Part shown: one piece after another, positions 19,579-30,430 of the stretch
Layout: each line of letters begins with the position of its first letter
How positions within the stretch are numbered: position 1 is the stretch's first letter
Origin: a virus
Lineage: Duplodnaviria > Caudoviricetes
Virus record (IMG/VR): IMGVR_UViG_3300008116_000002
DNA length: 64,000 bases
Reading direction: 5' to 3' (one strand)
The notes under the pieces: model-generated
What the model was told of the DNA's origin: nothing
Seen by the model: only the letters and a program-made list of their open reading frames with translations
The model's database searches: none
Made by a program: the position numbers and the translations under genes

Positions 19579-19912
19579 ACTAATAGAACAAATTATTCAT
19601 GATACGGTAAATCGTGTATTAGAAGATGACCAGATGCCAGATTCTGAATATATTACAACAGATAATCTAGGTGAAATAATTGAGAAGCTAGCTATTATTC
19701 ATATTCGTATGTGGATGTTGGAAGATGCTATGCAGGCAGCGAAATCTGATGAGGAACTTGCCGATCTCAAAAGAAAGGTTGATATTTGTTTTAAGGTTAA
19801 GCGGCCTAAATATGTTCAAGCAATTAATCTTCTAGTAGATGATGCTATTAGAACAGGAAAGTCTTTGAGAGAAGATTCTGTAAAATTATATAAAGGCGTA
19901 GAGCATGGCTAA
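19562..19912 (+). CDS. Hypothetical protein (DUF4254-like helical)
   Basis: DNLGEIIEKLAIIHIRMWMLED pattern. Confidence 0.45.
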   Translation: MNRLGELIEQIIHDTVNRVLEDDQMPDSEYITTDNLGEIIEKLAIIHIRMWMLEDAMQAAKSDEELADLKRKVDICFKVKRPKYVQAINLLVDDAIRTGKSLREDSVKLYKGVEHG

Positions 19913-20903
19913 AATAATATTCTTTAATCACTATCATCGAGGCGATCTTTTAACTAGTAGAGAATTTGTTAGACAAATAACTAAAGAATTGCAGGATGTA
20001 GAATTTGCGTATATGCATTTTAATCATCCAAAATTAACTAGAGATTTAGATATTCCGAAAATAGGAGACCCCTCTTCTTTGGATCCAAAAACTCCTTTTT
20101 ATCAGGATGGGGATGACCTATATGTTAATACATGGATAGGTTGTTTCTGGGATATCTTTTGTCAGCATGGCGGCATTAATATGTTTTCTCTTTGGCATCA
20201 ATGGGAAAAAGTTTATGAAACAATTAATGCGGTGTTTGGTAGTAATTTGAAATTAAATTCGGAAAAAGAATATTATCTTCCAAGTATAGATTATTCCAGG
20301 TATAATTTAAAAAATGTAAATGCCTATTTAGAACAATCCAAAGATAGAAAAAAGATTCTATTATGTAATGGTGTTCCTAAATCTGGACAATCTTTCGCAG
20401 ACAATATGTCTAGTTTTATACATGAAACTGCAAAAAAATATTCTAATATAGATTTTATTTGTACGGAAAAATTTGAAAAAGTTTTAGATAATATTCTGTT
20501 TACAGATGATATTATCGGAGACAACGAGATTGAAGATAATAGAGCACCCTGGGAAGATAGACAAACTAATCTGTGTGATCTGTATGAGATTTCTTATCTA
20601 AGTACAAAATGCGAAGCTATTGTTGGTAAAAACTCTGGTCCTTTTGTATTTTGTGAAACTAAAGAAAATTATATGGATCCTGAGAAAAAATTCTTATCCT
20701 ATAATGTTAGTTGGGGTCCTGCATTTCATACTGAAAAGAAAAGTCCTACGGAAACTATGTCACATGGGCTAAAGTATAACTGCGATTATATGATACTTGC
20801 TATCGAAGGTCCTTACTTAGAAATAGGTAATTTGAATAATCTTACGGATGACGATAAAATTAATATACAAGTTTCATTAAATGAATTAGCACAGAGTCTA
20901 TGA
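19905..20903 (+). CDS. Hypothetical, probable glycosyltransferase-like
   Basis: HRGDLL N-terminus and VGKNSGP; cluster context. Confidence 0.4.
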   Translation: MAKIIFFNHYHRGDLLTSREFVRQITKELQDVEFAYMHFNHPKLTRDLDIPKIGDPSSLDPKTPFYQDGDDLYVNTWIGCFWDIFCQHGGINMFSLWHQWEKVYETINAVFGSNLKLNSEKEYYLPSIDYSRYNLKNVNAYLEQSKDRKKILLCNGVPKSGQSFADNMSSFIHETAKKYSNIDFICTEKFEKVLDNILFTDDIIGDNEIEDNRAPWEDRQTNLCDLYEISYLSTKCEAIVGKNSGPFVFCETKENYMDPEKKFLSYNVSWGPAFHTEKKSPTETMSHGLKYNCDYMILAIEGPYLEIGNLNNLTDDDKINIQVSLNELAQSL

Positions 20904-21775
20904 AAAAAATAAAATTAGGATTTACTGATACTCACGAACACATTGCACAATTCTTTTCGAGTCTATTAGCTAATAGATTTGATGTAGAAATCGACAACGA
21001 GAATCCTGACTATCTAATTTTTGGTGATGAAAATTTTGGTAATCAAAATTTAAATTTTAATAAAAAAGATGTAGTTAAAATTTTCTATACAGGAGAGAAT
21101 CGTAGACCAGAAAATTATGATTGCCATTATGCAATATCTTTCGATCATAATTTTAATTCTTGGCATTATAGATTACCATTATTTGTAGTCTATATGTGGT
21201 CGTTAGATCAGATTCATAAGACTCCTTTTCAGTATTATCATATCCTTGGTAATTTCCCTGCAATGGAAAAGACTAGATTTGCTTCTTTTGTGGTTGGGAA
21301 TCCTGGGTGCAAAGAAAGAAACGAATTCTTTGAAAAGCTAAATGCAATTAAAAAGGTAGATAGCGGAGGCAAACTTTTTAATAACATTAACGCTTCATTA
21401 GATGGTGAAGAAGCAAAAATTAATTTCCTTGCAGAAAGAAAATTTAATATTTGCTTTGAGTCTATGTCCTATCCCGGATATGTAACTGAAAAGATTCTTC
21501 ATGCTTTTTATGCTAAGACTATTCCTATCTATTGGGGATCGACTACTGTAGAAAGTGATTTTAATTCTAGAGCATTTGTTAATGTACATGATTTTAGTTC
21601 TTTTGAAGAGGCAATCGATCATGTTATGATGCTAGACTCCAATGAAGATCTATACCAAAGAATGATTGCCGAGCCTGCTTTTGCATCTAATATACCCAGG
21701 GACTACGTAATTTTAAATAACTTTTTAAATTGGTTTGAATCTATTGTTTATAATAGAATTGATGCGAGAGAATAA
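20900..21775 (+). CDS. GT10 alpha-1,3-fucosyltransferase-like
   Basis: FYTGEN and ICFES..PGYVTEKI...TIPIYWG motifs. Confidence 0.85.
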   Translation: MKKIKLGFTDTHEHIAQFFSSLLANRFDVEIDNENPDYLIFGDENFGNQNLNFNKKDVVKIFYTGENRRPENYDCHYAISFDHNFNSWHYRLPLFVVYMWSLDQIHKTPFQYYHILGNFPAMEKTRFASFVVGNPGCKERNEFFEKLNAIKKVDSGGKLFNNINASLDGEEAKINFLAERKFNICFESMSYPGYVTEKILHAFYAKTIPIYWGSTTVESDFNSRAFVNVHDFSSFEEAIDHVMMLDSNEDLYQRMIAEPAFASNIPRDYVILNNFLNWFESIVYNRIDARE

Positions 21776-22497
21776 TGAATATACAAACTTTTATTTTCAA
21801 TTGGCGTGGTCAATATGAAAAAACTATTGAAAAAGAAACACAACTAAAAGCCTTAGGAAAATCTCCTATCGTAATTAACAGCGACGATGCTTATAATAAT
21901 GTTGCAGGTTGGCATCACATTGGCGACGATTGTTACTTTGGTGAACAGTTTGCGAAGGCGGTGGAACTATTTACCGGAGATGTATTGTTCCATGTACAGG
22001 CAGATGCATCATATGATAATTGGGAACAGTTGTATGAGGATGCCGAAAAACATTTTGAGAAAACTGATTGGGGTATCTATGCGCCGAATGTAGATTATAC
22101 TTGGTATGATTCTTCGAGAACCGATATTACAAGTTTAGAGTTTCCCATACCCGGTTTAAAAATTGTAGCAAATACAGATTGTACTTGTTGGTTTATTCAC
22201 AAAGATATTATTGACTTATATAAGAAGCGTAATTTAAAATTAGAACAATATAAGATGGGATGGTCCTGGGATATAGTATTACCCGCTATTTGCTATATCA
22301 ATCAAAGACCAGTAATACGCGATTATAACCACACAGTAAAGCATCCGCAGGGAACTAATTATAACACGCAGCAAGCAGAAAAAGAAATGTGGGACTTATT
22401 TCAGTCTTTGCCGAAAGATTTACAAGAAGCCTTTAGTTATATCAAAGGCGACAGACAACAGTTAGCTAAATATTATGCAGAAGATTATATCATTTAG
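21775..22497 (+). CDS. Hypothetical GT-A-like protein
   Basis: QAD, YAPNV, GWSWD; cluster context. Confidence 0.4.
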   Translation: MNIQTFIFNWRGQYEKTIEKETQLKALGKSPIVINSDDAYNNVAGWHHIGDDCYFGEQFAKAVELFTGDVLFHVQADASYDNWEQLYEDAEKHFEKTDWGIYAPNVDYTWYDSSRTDITSLEFPIPGLKIVANTDCTCWFIHKDIIDLYKKRNLKLEQYKMGWSWDIVLPAICYINQRPVIRDYNHTVKHPQGTNYNTQQAEKEMWDLFQSLPKDLQEAFSYIKGDRQQLAKYYAEDYII

Positions 22498-23113
22498 CCT
22501 TTGGGGCGATTCCGCTAAGTATGGCGTAGGTGCTATACGAAACGCACAATTAGCACAAAAATATTTTCCTGATTGGAAGTGTGTTTTTTACTATGATTCC
22601 TCAGTGCCCGGAATTTATATTAGTGCCTTAAATGGTTTTAACAACGTTGAAACTATACAAATAACAGATGGGACATATGGGGCCTTTTGGAGATTATTTC
22701 AAATACAAAAAAATAGTATAACTTTAATTCGAGATACTGATTCTCGTTTATCTGAGAGAGAAAAAAATATTGTTAATGATTGGTTATCCACAAATAGAAA
22801 AGTTTGTATAATTCGAGATCATATACGGCATTACGATTTTCCTATTCTAACAGGTATGTTTGGAATTAAAGGTGAACTACCAGAACAAGCATATGAAGAT
22901 ATGAAAAAACACTGGAAAAATTTTAGTTACGCCTCAGAACAAATTTGGTTGGGGAATACTATATTTAGATTGCTTCCTGAGGAGTGCGAAGTTTATGGAA
23001 TTAAAGAAAAACTTTGGATGAGGGAAACATATTCTGCGCTAGGAAAAGATTTTATTGGACAAGCATATGATGAAAATGATAATGGTATCTATGAGGGGCA
23101 GTTAAATGACTAA
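22475..23113 (+). CDS. Putative glycosyltransferase (large-virus type)
   Basis: ISFSLWG...GAIRN...RDTDSRL pattern with DxD. Confidence 0.5.
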   Translation: MQKIISFSLWGDSAKYGVGAIRNAQLAQKYFPDWKCVFYYDSSVPGIYISALNGFNNVETIQITDGTYGAFWRLFQIQKNSITLIRDTDSRLSEREKNIVNDWLSTNRKVCIIRDHIRHYDFPILTGMFGIKGELPEQAYEDMKKHWKNFSYASEQIWLGNTIFRLLPEECEVYGIKEKLWMRETYSALGKDFIGQAYDENDNGIYEGQLND

Positions 23114-23837
23114 ACGTGTCACTATAATTACTCCGACTACAGGAACTAAATATCTAGACGAATGTTTACTTTCAGTAAAAAATCAAACTTATACTAATCT
23201 ACAACACTTTATAGTTATAGATGGTCCTGATTATAATGAAAAAGCATTAAAAATTATATCCCCCTATAAAGATAAAACTATTCTAACACTTCCGGAAAAT
23301 ACGGGGGCAGGTGGCTACAATGGTCATCGAATATATGGTAGTATTCCATACATTCTAAATACTGATTATGTGATGTTTTTAGATGAAGATAATTGGTTAG
23401 AACCCAATCACGTAGAAAGCCTTGTTAATGTGATAGAACAAGGCAATGACTGGGCTTTTTCTTTAAGAAACATTTATGACAGCAATAGTAATTTTATTTG
23501 CACTGACGATTGCGAAAATCTCGGACTCTGGCCTACGTGCATATCTGAGCAAGAGCTCTTCGTCGACGTCGGAGCATACTTCCTCCCGACCTCAATAGCA
23601 ATTCAAATCTCTCCTCTATGGTATAGACGAGCGAGACACCCCGAAGAGCAGCCCGAAGTCGATAGAATTATAATGCAGGTTCTATTGCAATATGGATTTA
23701 AATATGATACCAATGGAAAGTATACTTTAAACTACAGAGTTGGAAATAGAACTGATTCTGTACAAAAGGATTTCTTTCTTTGGGGAAATGAAAAAATGAA
23801 ACAGAAATACAACGGAGAATATCCTTGGAGAAAATAA
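23106..23837 (+). CDS. GT2 glycosyltransferase
   Basis: TIITPT, VIDG, FLDEDN (DxD). Confidence 0.85.
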   Translation: MTKRVTIITPTTGTKYLDECLLSVKNQTYTNLQHFIVIDGPDYNEKALKIISPYKDKTILTLPENTGAGGYNGHRIYGSIPYILNTDYVMFLDEDNWLEPNHVESLVNVIEQGNDWAFSLRNIYDSNSNFICTDDCENLGLWPTCISEQELFVDVGAYFLPTSIAIQISPLWYRRARHPEEQPEVDRIIMQVLLQYGFKYDTNGKYTLNYRVGNRTDSVQKDFFLWGNEKMKQKYNGEYPWRK

Positions 23838-23844
23838 AATAATT

Positions 23845-24513
23845 ATGAAAAAACCAGTTGTAATTTATTCCAGCGACGATAATCCAGATTATGTAGAGTT
23901 TGAACCAATCGTTAAAGAGTTTTGGGAAACTCTTGGGTTTGAACCGTATTATGCTAAAATTGGAAGTGAGGAATATCCTTTAATAGAAGGGGTCGAATCT
24001 TCATTGCAATCTCAGATTGTACGATTGTATGCGCCGAGACTATTTCCTAACAGAATAGTCTTGACGACAGATATAGACATGTTGCCCTTTGATAAAAATT
24101 ATTTTTTAGAAAAACTACCTCAAGCAAAAAATCAAATATCTATATTTTGCGCAGATAGCTACGAAGGCAAACGATATCCGATGTGTTATTTGGCAGCATA
24201 TGGTAAAACTTTTGAATCTATAGCTTTAGAAAAAAATGAAACGTGGGAACAATTTGTTATAAGATTACATAGTTTAAATTTAGGATGGAATACTGACGAA
24301 TTATACATGACAGAAAGAATCAATAATTCTTCTTTTAAAAAAATAAAATATTCTAGAGGTTGGTTACCAAACGGTGTAGCGAAAAATAGATTATGTAGAG
24401 TATTTTGGTATTGGGATGAATCTGAGAAATATTATGATGCACATTGCCCTAGGCCTTATTCCGCACATAAAGAACAAATTGATAGTTTACGATATTTTCT
24501 AACAACAGAATAA
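23845..24513 (+). CDS. Hypothetical GT-A-like protein
   Basis: TTDIDML (DxD), DELY; cluster context. Confidence 0.45.
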   Translation: MKKPVVIYSSDDNPDYVEFEPIVKEFWETLGFEPYYAKIGSEEYPLIEGVESSLQSQIVRLYAPRLFPNRIVLTTDIDMLPFDKNYFLEKLPQAKNQISIFCADSYEGKRYPMCYLAAYGKTFESIALEKNETWEQFVIRLHSLNLGWNTDELYMTERINNSSFKKIKYSRGWLPNGVAKNRLCRVFWYWDESEKYYDAHCPRPYSAHKEQIDSLRYFLTTE

Positions 24514-24515
24514 AT

Positions 24516-26096
24516 ATGAACACTAGTATATTAAGTATTTACGGGTCGCATGATGCATCCGCTACGTTTCTTGATAAAAATAATAAACTAAGAATTTTAG
24601 AATTAGAAAGATTCTCGGATATACGCTACGCAATGTTTAGTAAAAAATTTGATGATTGGCCTATCTGCGTAAAGGAAAAAGTCCGCGAGGATTTTCTCCT
24701 ACACATAAAATCAGAAATAAAAGAACAACCTACAACTATTATATTTGGTAGTTTAATAGATAAAGATTTGGAATTACTTAGAAAAATTTTTCCTACGTGT
24801 GAGAACTACGAACAATTTGATGCCCATCACCTATCTCATGCATATGGTTCCTATTTTCAATCTCCATTTAAGGATGCGTTAGTATTTACTGTTGACGGAG
24901 GTGGAAGTGATCTTGGGGCATATACCACTACTAAAGTATATGCCGCGAATGGTAATAATATTTTAGAAATTTTAAAACCTAACTTAGACTTTGGTAATAC
25001 GTATTCTTATATTGGAATACCTATTAGTGAAATTAGTCCTGGCAAGGATAACAATGACTTAGGAGTTTTTTTATCCTATGCAGGAAAAATAATGGGATTG
25101 TGCGCATATGGAAACATTAATGATAAATGGATTCCTGCGTTCGAAAGCTTTTATTTACACAGAGATATAAAAAGATTGGGTAGAGAAATAAATTTAGATT
25201 TAAGTTTAAATACTATTTCAGGACAACTTGGATATGATTTAGCGGCAACATCCCAGCATGTTTTTGAAAATCTTTTAATGGAGTTCATGCTAAATATTTT
25301 TTATCAAAATAAAAAGAATATTGTCATGACAGGAGGTTGTGCATTAAATGTTTTGTTCAATCAAAAGTTAAAAAAGATTTTAAATGCTGAAGGATATGAT
25401 TTATATGTACCTCCGAACCCTAATGATTGTGGACAATCATTAGGACAATATTTGTATAAGACAAAAGAGCATATTGAGCCGTTAGTCTATAGCGGCTTCG
25501 ATATACTTGATAGAGATAAGTTTGATTTATTTTTATCTAATGGTAAGTATTTTACCGAGGAATCTTCCCCGGAAAAAATAGTTAGTTTAATTAGTGAAGG
25601 AAAAATTGGAGGCATCATACAAGGATATTCCGAAGTTGGTCCCAGAGCTTTAGGAAATAGAAGTATTATCTGCGACCCATCTTTTAAGGATATGAAAGAT
25701 ATCCTAAATGCAAAAGTTAAGTTTAGAGAATGGTTTAGGCCATTTGCCCCGGTATGCAGAGAAGAGGATATGCATAAGTATTTTGATGATGCCTTTGCTT
25801 CACATTATATGAGCTATGCTCCTTTGGTTAAAAAGGAATACAGAGATAAACTTCCATCGATTACACACTATGATGGAACATCAAGATTACAAACTGTAAA
25901 TAGTAAACAGCATAAACTATTTTATGATATACTTTCTTGTATGCAAAATACTAAGAAAATACCAGTAATATTGAACACATCTTTTAATATTAAGGGAAGA
26001 CCTATACTAACTAAAATAGAAGACGCCTTTTATGTTTTAGATAATACTGAATTGGATTTTTTGGTGGTAGAAAATTTACTAGTATTTAAAAAATAA
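24516..26096 (+). CDS. O-carbamoyltransferase (NodU/CmcH family)
   Basis: SHDASA, HHLSHA, DGGG, AGKIMGL, GGCALN, GPRALGNRS, FRPFAP, LNTSFN. Confidence 0.92.
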   Translation: MNTSILSIYGSHDASATFLDKNNKLRILELERFSDIRYAMFSKKFDDWPICVKEKVREDFLLHIKSEIKEQPTTIIFGSLIDKDLELLRKIFPTCENYEQFDAHHLSHAYGSYFQSPFKDALVFTVDGGGSDLGAYTTTKVYAANGNNILEILKPNLDFGNTYSYIGIPISEISPGKDNNDLGVFLSYAGKIMGLCAYGNINDKWIPAFESFYLHRDIKRLGREINLDLSLNTISGQLGYDLAATSQHVFENLLMEFMLNIFYQNKKNIVMTGGCALNVLFNQKLKKILNAEGYDLYVPPNPNDCGQSLGQYLYKTKEHIEPLVYSGFDILDRDKFDLFLSNGKYFTEESSPEKIVSLISEGKIGGIIQGYSEVGPRALGNRSIICDPSFKDMKDILNAKVKFREWFRPFAPVCREEDMHKYFDDAFASHYMSYAPLVKKEYRDKLPSITHYDGTSRLQTVNSKQHKLFYDILSCMQNTKKIPVILNTSFNIKGRPILTKIEDAFYVLDNTELDFLVVENLLVFKK

Positions 26097-26099
26097 ATT

Positions 26100-26915
26100 A
26101 TGAATGACTTCTTAAGCCATGTTCATTTTGCAAATTTAGCTGACTATGTTTTTGCAAGAAATATTTTTCCTGATACTCCCGGGGAAGGAATAATCACTGT
26201 AGGATTAAATACTAGTTTTAATATAAAGAGTGGGGATATTGTTTATTCCAAGTATGAATTTTTAGGCCCGTTACTAGAAATTTTATCTAGACAAAATTCT
26301 TTAACTGATCTAAAACTAATAAGTCATGAGAGCGATAGGGGAGTCACAAAAGAATTATTTGATCTTAAACCTACGTGTATAACTAAGTGGTATGCGCAAA
26401 ATGTAGAATATGAGCATAGGGATTTAATACCAATTCCTTTAGGATTATCTGCTAGTTATTATAGTAAAACCCATATGGTTTCTCCCCCCGAAAAAAAGTT
26501 TGACGGACCTAAAGAAACACTTCTTTATATAAACCATAGAATAGAAACTCATCCTACTTCTAGACAATGGATTTACGATCACTTTAAAAACGTAGATTGG
26601 TGTACTGTAGACTTACCAAATTTAAAAAAAGAAGAATATCTTAAAAGATTAGAAACTCATAAGTTTATTTTATGTCCAAGGGGAAATGGTGTCGATACTT
26701 GTAGATTGTGGGAATCTTTATATTATGGTATGATACCGATTGTTGAAGATCATTTAACATACAAAACTTTGGATGATTTGCCCGCAATAAGAGTCAAAAG
26801 TTTTAAGGACGTGAATAAAGATTTTCTTTTGAAAAAGGAAGAGGAATTTAAAAACAGAAAATTTAATTTGGATAAATTAAAGGCCTCGTGGTGGATAAAT
26901 TTAATTAGAAAGTAG
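26100..26915 (+). CDS. Exostosin/GT47-like glycosyltransferase
   Basis: FILCPRGNGVDTCRLWESL...IPI. Confidence 0.65.
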   Translation: MNDFLSHVHFANLADYVFARNIFPDTPGEGIITVGLNTSFNIKSGDIVYSKYEFLGPLLEILSRQNSLTDLKLISHESDRGVTKELFDLKPTCITKWYAQNVEYEHRDLIPIPLGLSASYYSKTHMVSPPEKKFDGPKETLLYINHRIETHPTSRQWIYDHFKNVDWCTVDLPNLKKEEYLKRLETHKFILCPRGNGVDTCRLWESLYYGMIPIVEDHLTYKTLDDLPAIRVKSFKDVNKDFLLKKEEEFKNRKFNLDKLKASWWINLIRK

Positions 26916-26923
26916 AAAATGAA

Positions 26924-27580
26924 ATGCAAAATTTTACTATAGATTATAGCGGAAACTGGGATTCGGAGTATTCTAAAATTATAAAGAACTCTGTAAAAAA
27001 AGCTTTAGACAATGATACTAAATTGTCTAATGAAATTTTTCAGATGCCAGGATATTCGAATGTTTACAATAGGATTATTTTAAATACTATAGTTGAACAG
27101 ACTTCAGATGCAAGATATTTGGAAATAGGTTGTTGGCAAGGATCGACAACATGTTCTGCAATTTACAAAAATACAGTTAAAGTTGTTTGTATAGATAATT
27201 TTTCTGAACCAGATCTTGGTATCGCAACTGAAAAAATTTTAATTGAGAACTTAGAAAAATATAAGAATGAAAATGCTTATTATCAATTTATAAATTCTGA
27301 TTTTAGAAATGTGGATTATACAACCTTAGAAAAACATAACATCTATCTGTATGATGGCGCACATGAAAAAACAGATCACTATGATTCCTTAGTTTATCCG
27401 TTAGCTGCATTAGAAGACACATTCATTCTTATTGTTGATGATTGGAATTGGAGTCATGTTAGAGAGGGAACTTTAGATTCTATATCTGATAATAAACTTA
27501 ATATAGTGTCTGATATTCGAGTTATATCAGACACCATAAAATGGAACAACGGTTATTATATGGCAGTTATTCAAAAATAA
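26924..27580 (+). CDS. Class I SAM methyltransferase
   Basis: [20 protein letters not shown]. Confidence 0.8.
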   Translation: MQNFTIDYSGNWDSEYSKIIKNSVKKALDNDTKLSNEIFQMPGYSNVYNRIILNTIVEQTSDARYLEIGCWQGSTTCSAIYKNTVKVVCIDNFSEPDLGIATEKILIENLEKYKNENAYYQFINSDFRNVDYTTLEKHNIYLYDGAHEKTDHYDSLVYPLAALEDTFILIVDDWNWSHVREGTLDSISDNKLNIVSDIRVISDTIKWNNGYYMAVIQK

Positions 27581-27581
27581 T

Positions 27582-28526
27582 ATGAAAAAAATATTAGTGA
27601 CAGGTGGTGCAGGATTTTTAGGTTCGCATTTATGCGAAAAACTTTTAAATCAAGGACATCATGTTTTATGTGTGGACAATTATTTTACCGGCTCTAGAAA
27701 AAACATTGAACATCTGTTAGATTTTAAAAATTTTGAAATTATTAGACAAGATATTTGTTTTCCGCTGTACGTAGAGGTTGATGAGATTTATAATTTGGCT
27801 TGCCCTGCTAGCCCACCTCTTTATCAAACAGATCCAATACAAACTCTAAAAACTAGTGTGTTGGGAGCTTATAATTTATTAGGATTAGCTAAAAGAACTA
27901 AAGCTAAAATATTACAAGCTAGTACAAGTGAAATTTATGGTGACCCCAAGGTTCATCCTCAAGACGAAGAATATTGGGGAAATGTTAATCCAATAGGCAT
28001 TCGCAGTTGTTATGACGAGGGAAAGCGCGCTGCAGAAACTCTTTTTATGGACTATCACAGAATACATAATGTTAAAGTGAAAATTATAAGAATATTTAAT
28101 ACGTATGGTCCAAGAATGGCAGAGAATGACGGTAGAGTAGTTAGTAATTTTATTGTTCAAGCGCTACGTGGTCAGGATATTACCATATATGGAAAGGGAA
28201 ATCAAACCAGAAGTTTTTGTTACGTAGATGATTTGCTAGAAGGTATGATGCTAACTATGGAAAAAACCAAAGCAGATTTTGTCGGTCCCCTAAACTTAGG
28301 AAATCCAAATGAGATATCAATACTAGATCTAAGTAAAAAGATTATAGAATTAACTAATTCTAAAAGTAAAATAGTTTTTAAACCTTTGCCTTTAGATGAT
28401 CCAAGACAAAGGCAACCAAATATAGACAAAGCAAAAGAAGTTTTGGATTGGAAACCCCACACTAAAATAGAAGATGGTTTATTGAAAACAATACAGTACT
28501 TTAAAAATATTGAGAGGAAGATATAA
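27582..28526 (+). CDS. UDP-glucuronate decarboxylase (UDP-xylose synthase)
   Basis: [38 protein letters not shown]. Confidence 0.92.
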   Translation: MKKILVTGGAGFLGSHLCEKLLNQGHHVLCVDNYFTGSRKNIEHLLDFKNFEIIRQDICFPLYVEVDEIYNLACPASPPLYQTDPIQTLKTSVLGAYNLLGLAKRTKAKILQASTSEIYGDPKVHPQDEEYWGNVNPIGIRSCYDEGKRAAETLFMDYHRIHNVKVKIIRIFNTYGPRMAENDGRVVSNFIVQALRGQDITIYGKGNQTRSFCYVDDLLEGMMLTMEKTKADFVGPLNLGNPNEISILDLSKKIIELTNSKSKIVFKPLPLDDPRQRQPNIDKAKEVLDWKPHTKIEDGLLKTIQYFKNIERKI

Positions 28527-28527
28527 A

Positions 28528-28806
28528 ATGATAGAATATAAGTATAATGAGGGTGAGCTATTAAAACAATTTAAAGAATATATCGATGCAACTTATAATC
28601 AACACTATTCTATGAATAGGTATCAGGCTACCGAATTTATTATTGATAATGGACATGGTGTAGGATTTACCGCAGGCAATGTCATGAAATATGTTCAAAG
28701 ATACGGAAAGAAAGCCGGAAGGAATAGACAAGACTTGCTAAAGGTGTTACACTATGCATTAATGCTGTTGTATGTGCATGACATTGAAACTAAGGAGACT
28801 AAATAA
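28528..28806 (+). CDS. Conserved T4-like protein (DUF3310-like)
   Basis: HY...GNVMKYVQRYGKK...DLLK; start 28528 after GAGGA. Confidence 0.65.
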   Translation: MIEYKYNEGELLKQFKEYIDATYNQHYSMNRYQATEFIIDNGHGVGFTAGNVMKYVQRYGKKAGRNRQDLLKVLHYALMLLYVHDIETKETK

Positions 28807-29462
28807 TGCAGATTAGTAATGATACAATTCAAGTTCTAAAGAACTTTGCTACTATTAATTCGAATCTTATGATTCGAAAAGGTAAACGTTTGGCAACAAT
28901 TAGTACAGCAAAAAACATTTTTGCTAAAGCGGAAGTTGCTGAAGAGTTCCCTGTAGAGCTTGCAATCTATGATTTGAATTCCCTTCTTGCTCTATTGACA
29001 TTGATGGAAAATCAAAATGTAGAATTCGGTGAAAAGAGCCTAACCATTTCTAAAGACAATGGTAAGTTTGAATATTTCTATGCATCGCAAAATGTGATTG
29101 TAGCTGCCCCTGAAAAGGATATTGAACTTGATACACATTATCAGTTTAAGCTTACCTCAGAAGATGTGAACATGATTATGAAAGCGGCTGCTATTACAGG
29201 CGCGCCGACTATTTCTATTGTTAGTAAAAATGGTACAGTTAATCTAACAGTAGGTGATCGTAAGAATGATACGGCAAATAATTATAAGAAAACGATTGGC
29301 TCAAGTGAAGAAACTTTCGATTGCCACATGGCAGTAGAAAACTTTAAGGTCATCCCTGATGCATATAATGTAATTATTTCTAAGAAGAAAGCATTCTTAT
29401 TCAAGAGTGAAACTAAATCTACTGAGTATTTTATTGCAATGGAAACCGATTCTGTAGTTTAA
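28806..29462 (+). CDS. gp45: Sliding clamp
   Basis: LKNFATIN, IYDLNSLL, VENFKVIP; position before gp44. Confidence 0.93.
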   Translation: MQISNDTIQVLKNFATINSNLMIRKGKRLATISTAKNIFAKAEVAEEFPVELAIYDLNSLLALLTLMENQNVEFGEKSLTISKDNGKFEYFYASQNVIVAAPEKDIELDTHYQFKLTSEDVNMIMKAAAITGAPTISIVSKNGTVNLTVGDRKNDTANNYKKTIGSSEETFDCHMAVENFKVIPDAYNVIISKKKAFLFKSETKSTEYFIAMETDSVV

Positions 29463-29488
29463 TAGTTATATAATATTATGGAGTTGTC

Positions 29489-30430
29489 ATGGAATATCGT
29501 GAAGATGAATTTCTCTGGGTTGAAAAGTTTCGTCCCAGAAAATTAGATGATTGTATTCTCCCACCTAGCCAGAAGAAAGTTTTTCAGGAAATGCTGGCAA
29601 AGGGGGAGATACAAAATATGCTTTTGTGTGGCGGAGCTGGCATGGGCAAGACTACTGTTGCAAGAGCATTGTGTGAAGAACTACAAACTGATTACATTGT
29701 CATTAATGGTTCGGAAGAATCTGGTATTGATGTTCTTCGTACAAAAATTAAACAGTTTGCGTCGGCGGTTTCTTTTAGCGGCAAGCCAAAGGTTGTAATT
29801 TTAGATGAGGCAGACTATCTAAATCCAAATTCTACACAACCTGCTCTTAGAGCTTTTATTGAAGAATTTTCTTCAAATTGCAGATTTATTCTTACTTGTA
29901 ACTTTAAGAATAGAATCATTCCTCCCCTACATTCGAGAACTGCGGTTATTGAATTTAAATTACCTAAGACAGAAAAACCTAAAATTGCTGCAGCATTTTT
30001 TAAACGAGTAAATGAAATACTTGAGATTGAAAAGGTAGAAGCAGATGGAAAGGTAATTGCAAAGGTAATTGAAAAGCATTTCCCTGATTATCGCAGAATT
30101 TTAAATGAACTTCAGAGATACAGCGGTTCAGGTAAAATCGATGAGGGCATCTTTACTAGTCTAGGTGAAAGCAATATGCAAGAGCTTATTGCAACACTAA
30201 AGGATAAAGACTGGAAGAAGATGCGAACCTGGGTGGTCAATAATATTGATAATGACCCACAGACAATTTTTAGAAAAATGTATGATACTTTATGCGATGA
30301 AGTAGTTCAGATTCCTCAATTAGTATTATTACTTGCCGACTATCAGTATAAGTCTGCTTTCTGTGCAGACCAAGAAATCAATCTTGTTGCTTGCCTTACA
30401 GAAATTATGGCAGCAGTGGAGTTTAAATGA
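29489..30430 (+). CDS. gp44: Clamp loader large subunit
   Basis: WVEKFRP, GGAGMGKT, ILDEAD, HSR. Confidence 0.96.
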   Translation: MEYREDEFLWVEKFRPRKLDDCILPPSQKKVFQEMLAKGEIQNMLLCGGAGMGKTTVARALCEELQTDYIVINGSEESGIDVLRTKIKQFASAVSFSGKPKVVILDEADYLNPNSTQPALRAFIEEFSSNCRFILTCNFKNRIIPPLHSRTAVIEFKLPKTEKPKIAAAFFKRVNEILEIEKVEADGKVIAKVIEKHFPDYRRILNELQRYSGSGKIDEGIFTSLGESNMQELIATLKDKDWKKMRTWVVNNIDNDPQTIFRKMYDTLCDEVVQIPQLVLLLADYQYKSAFCADQEINLVACLTEIMAAVEFK

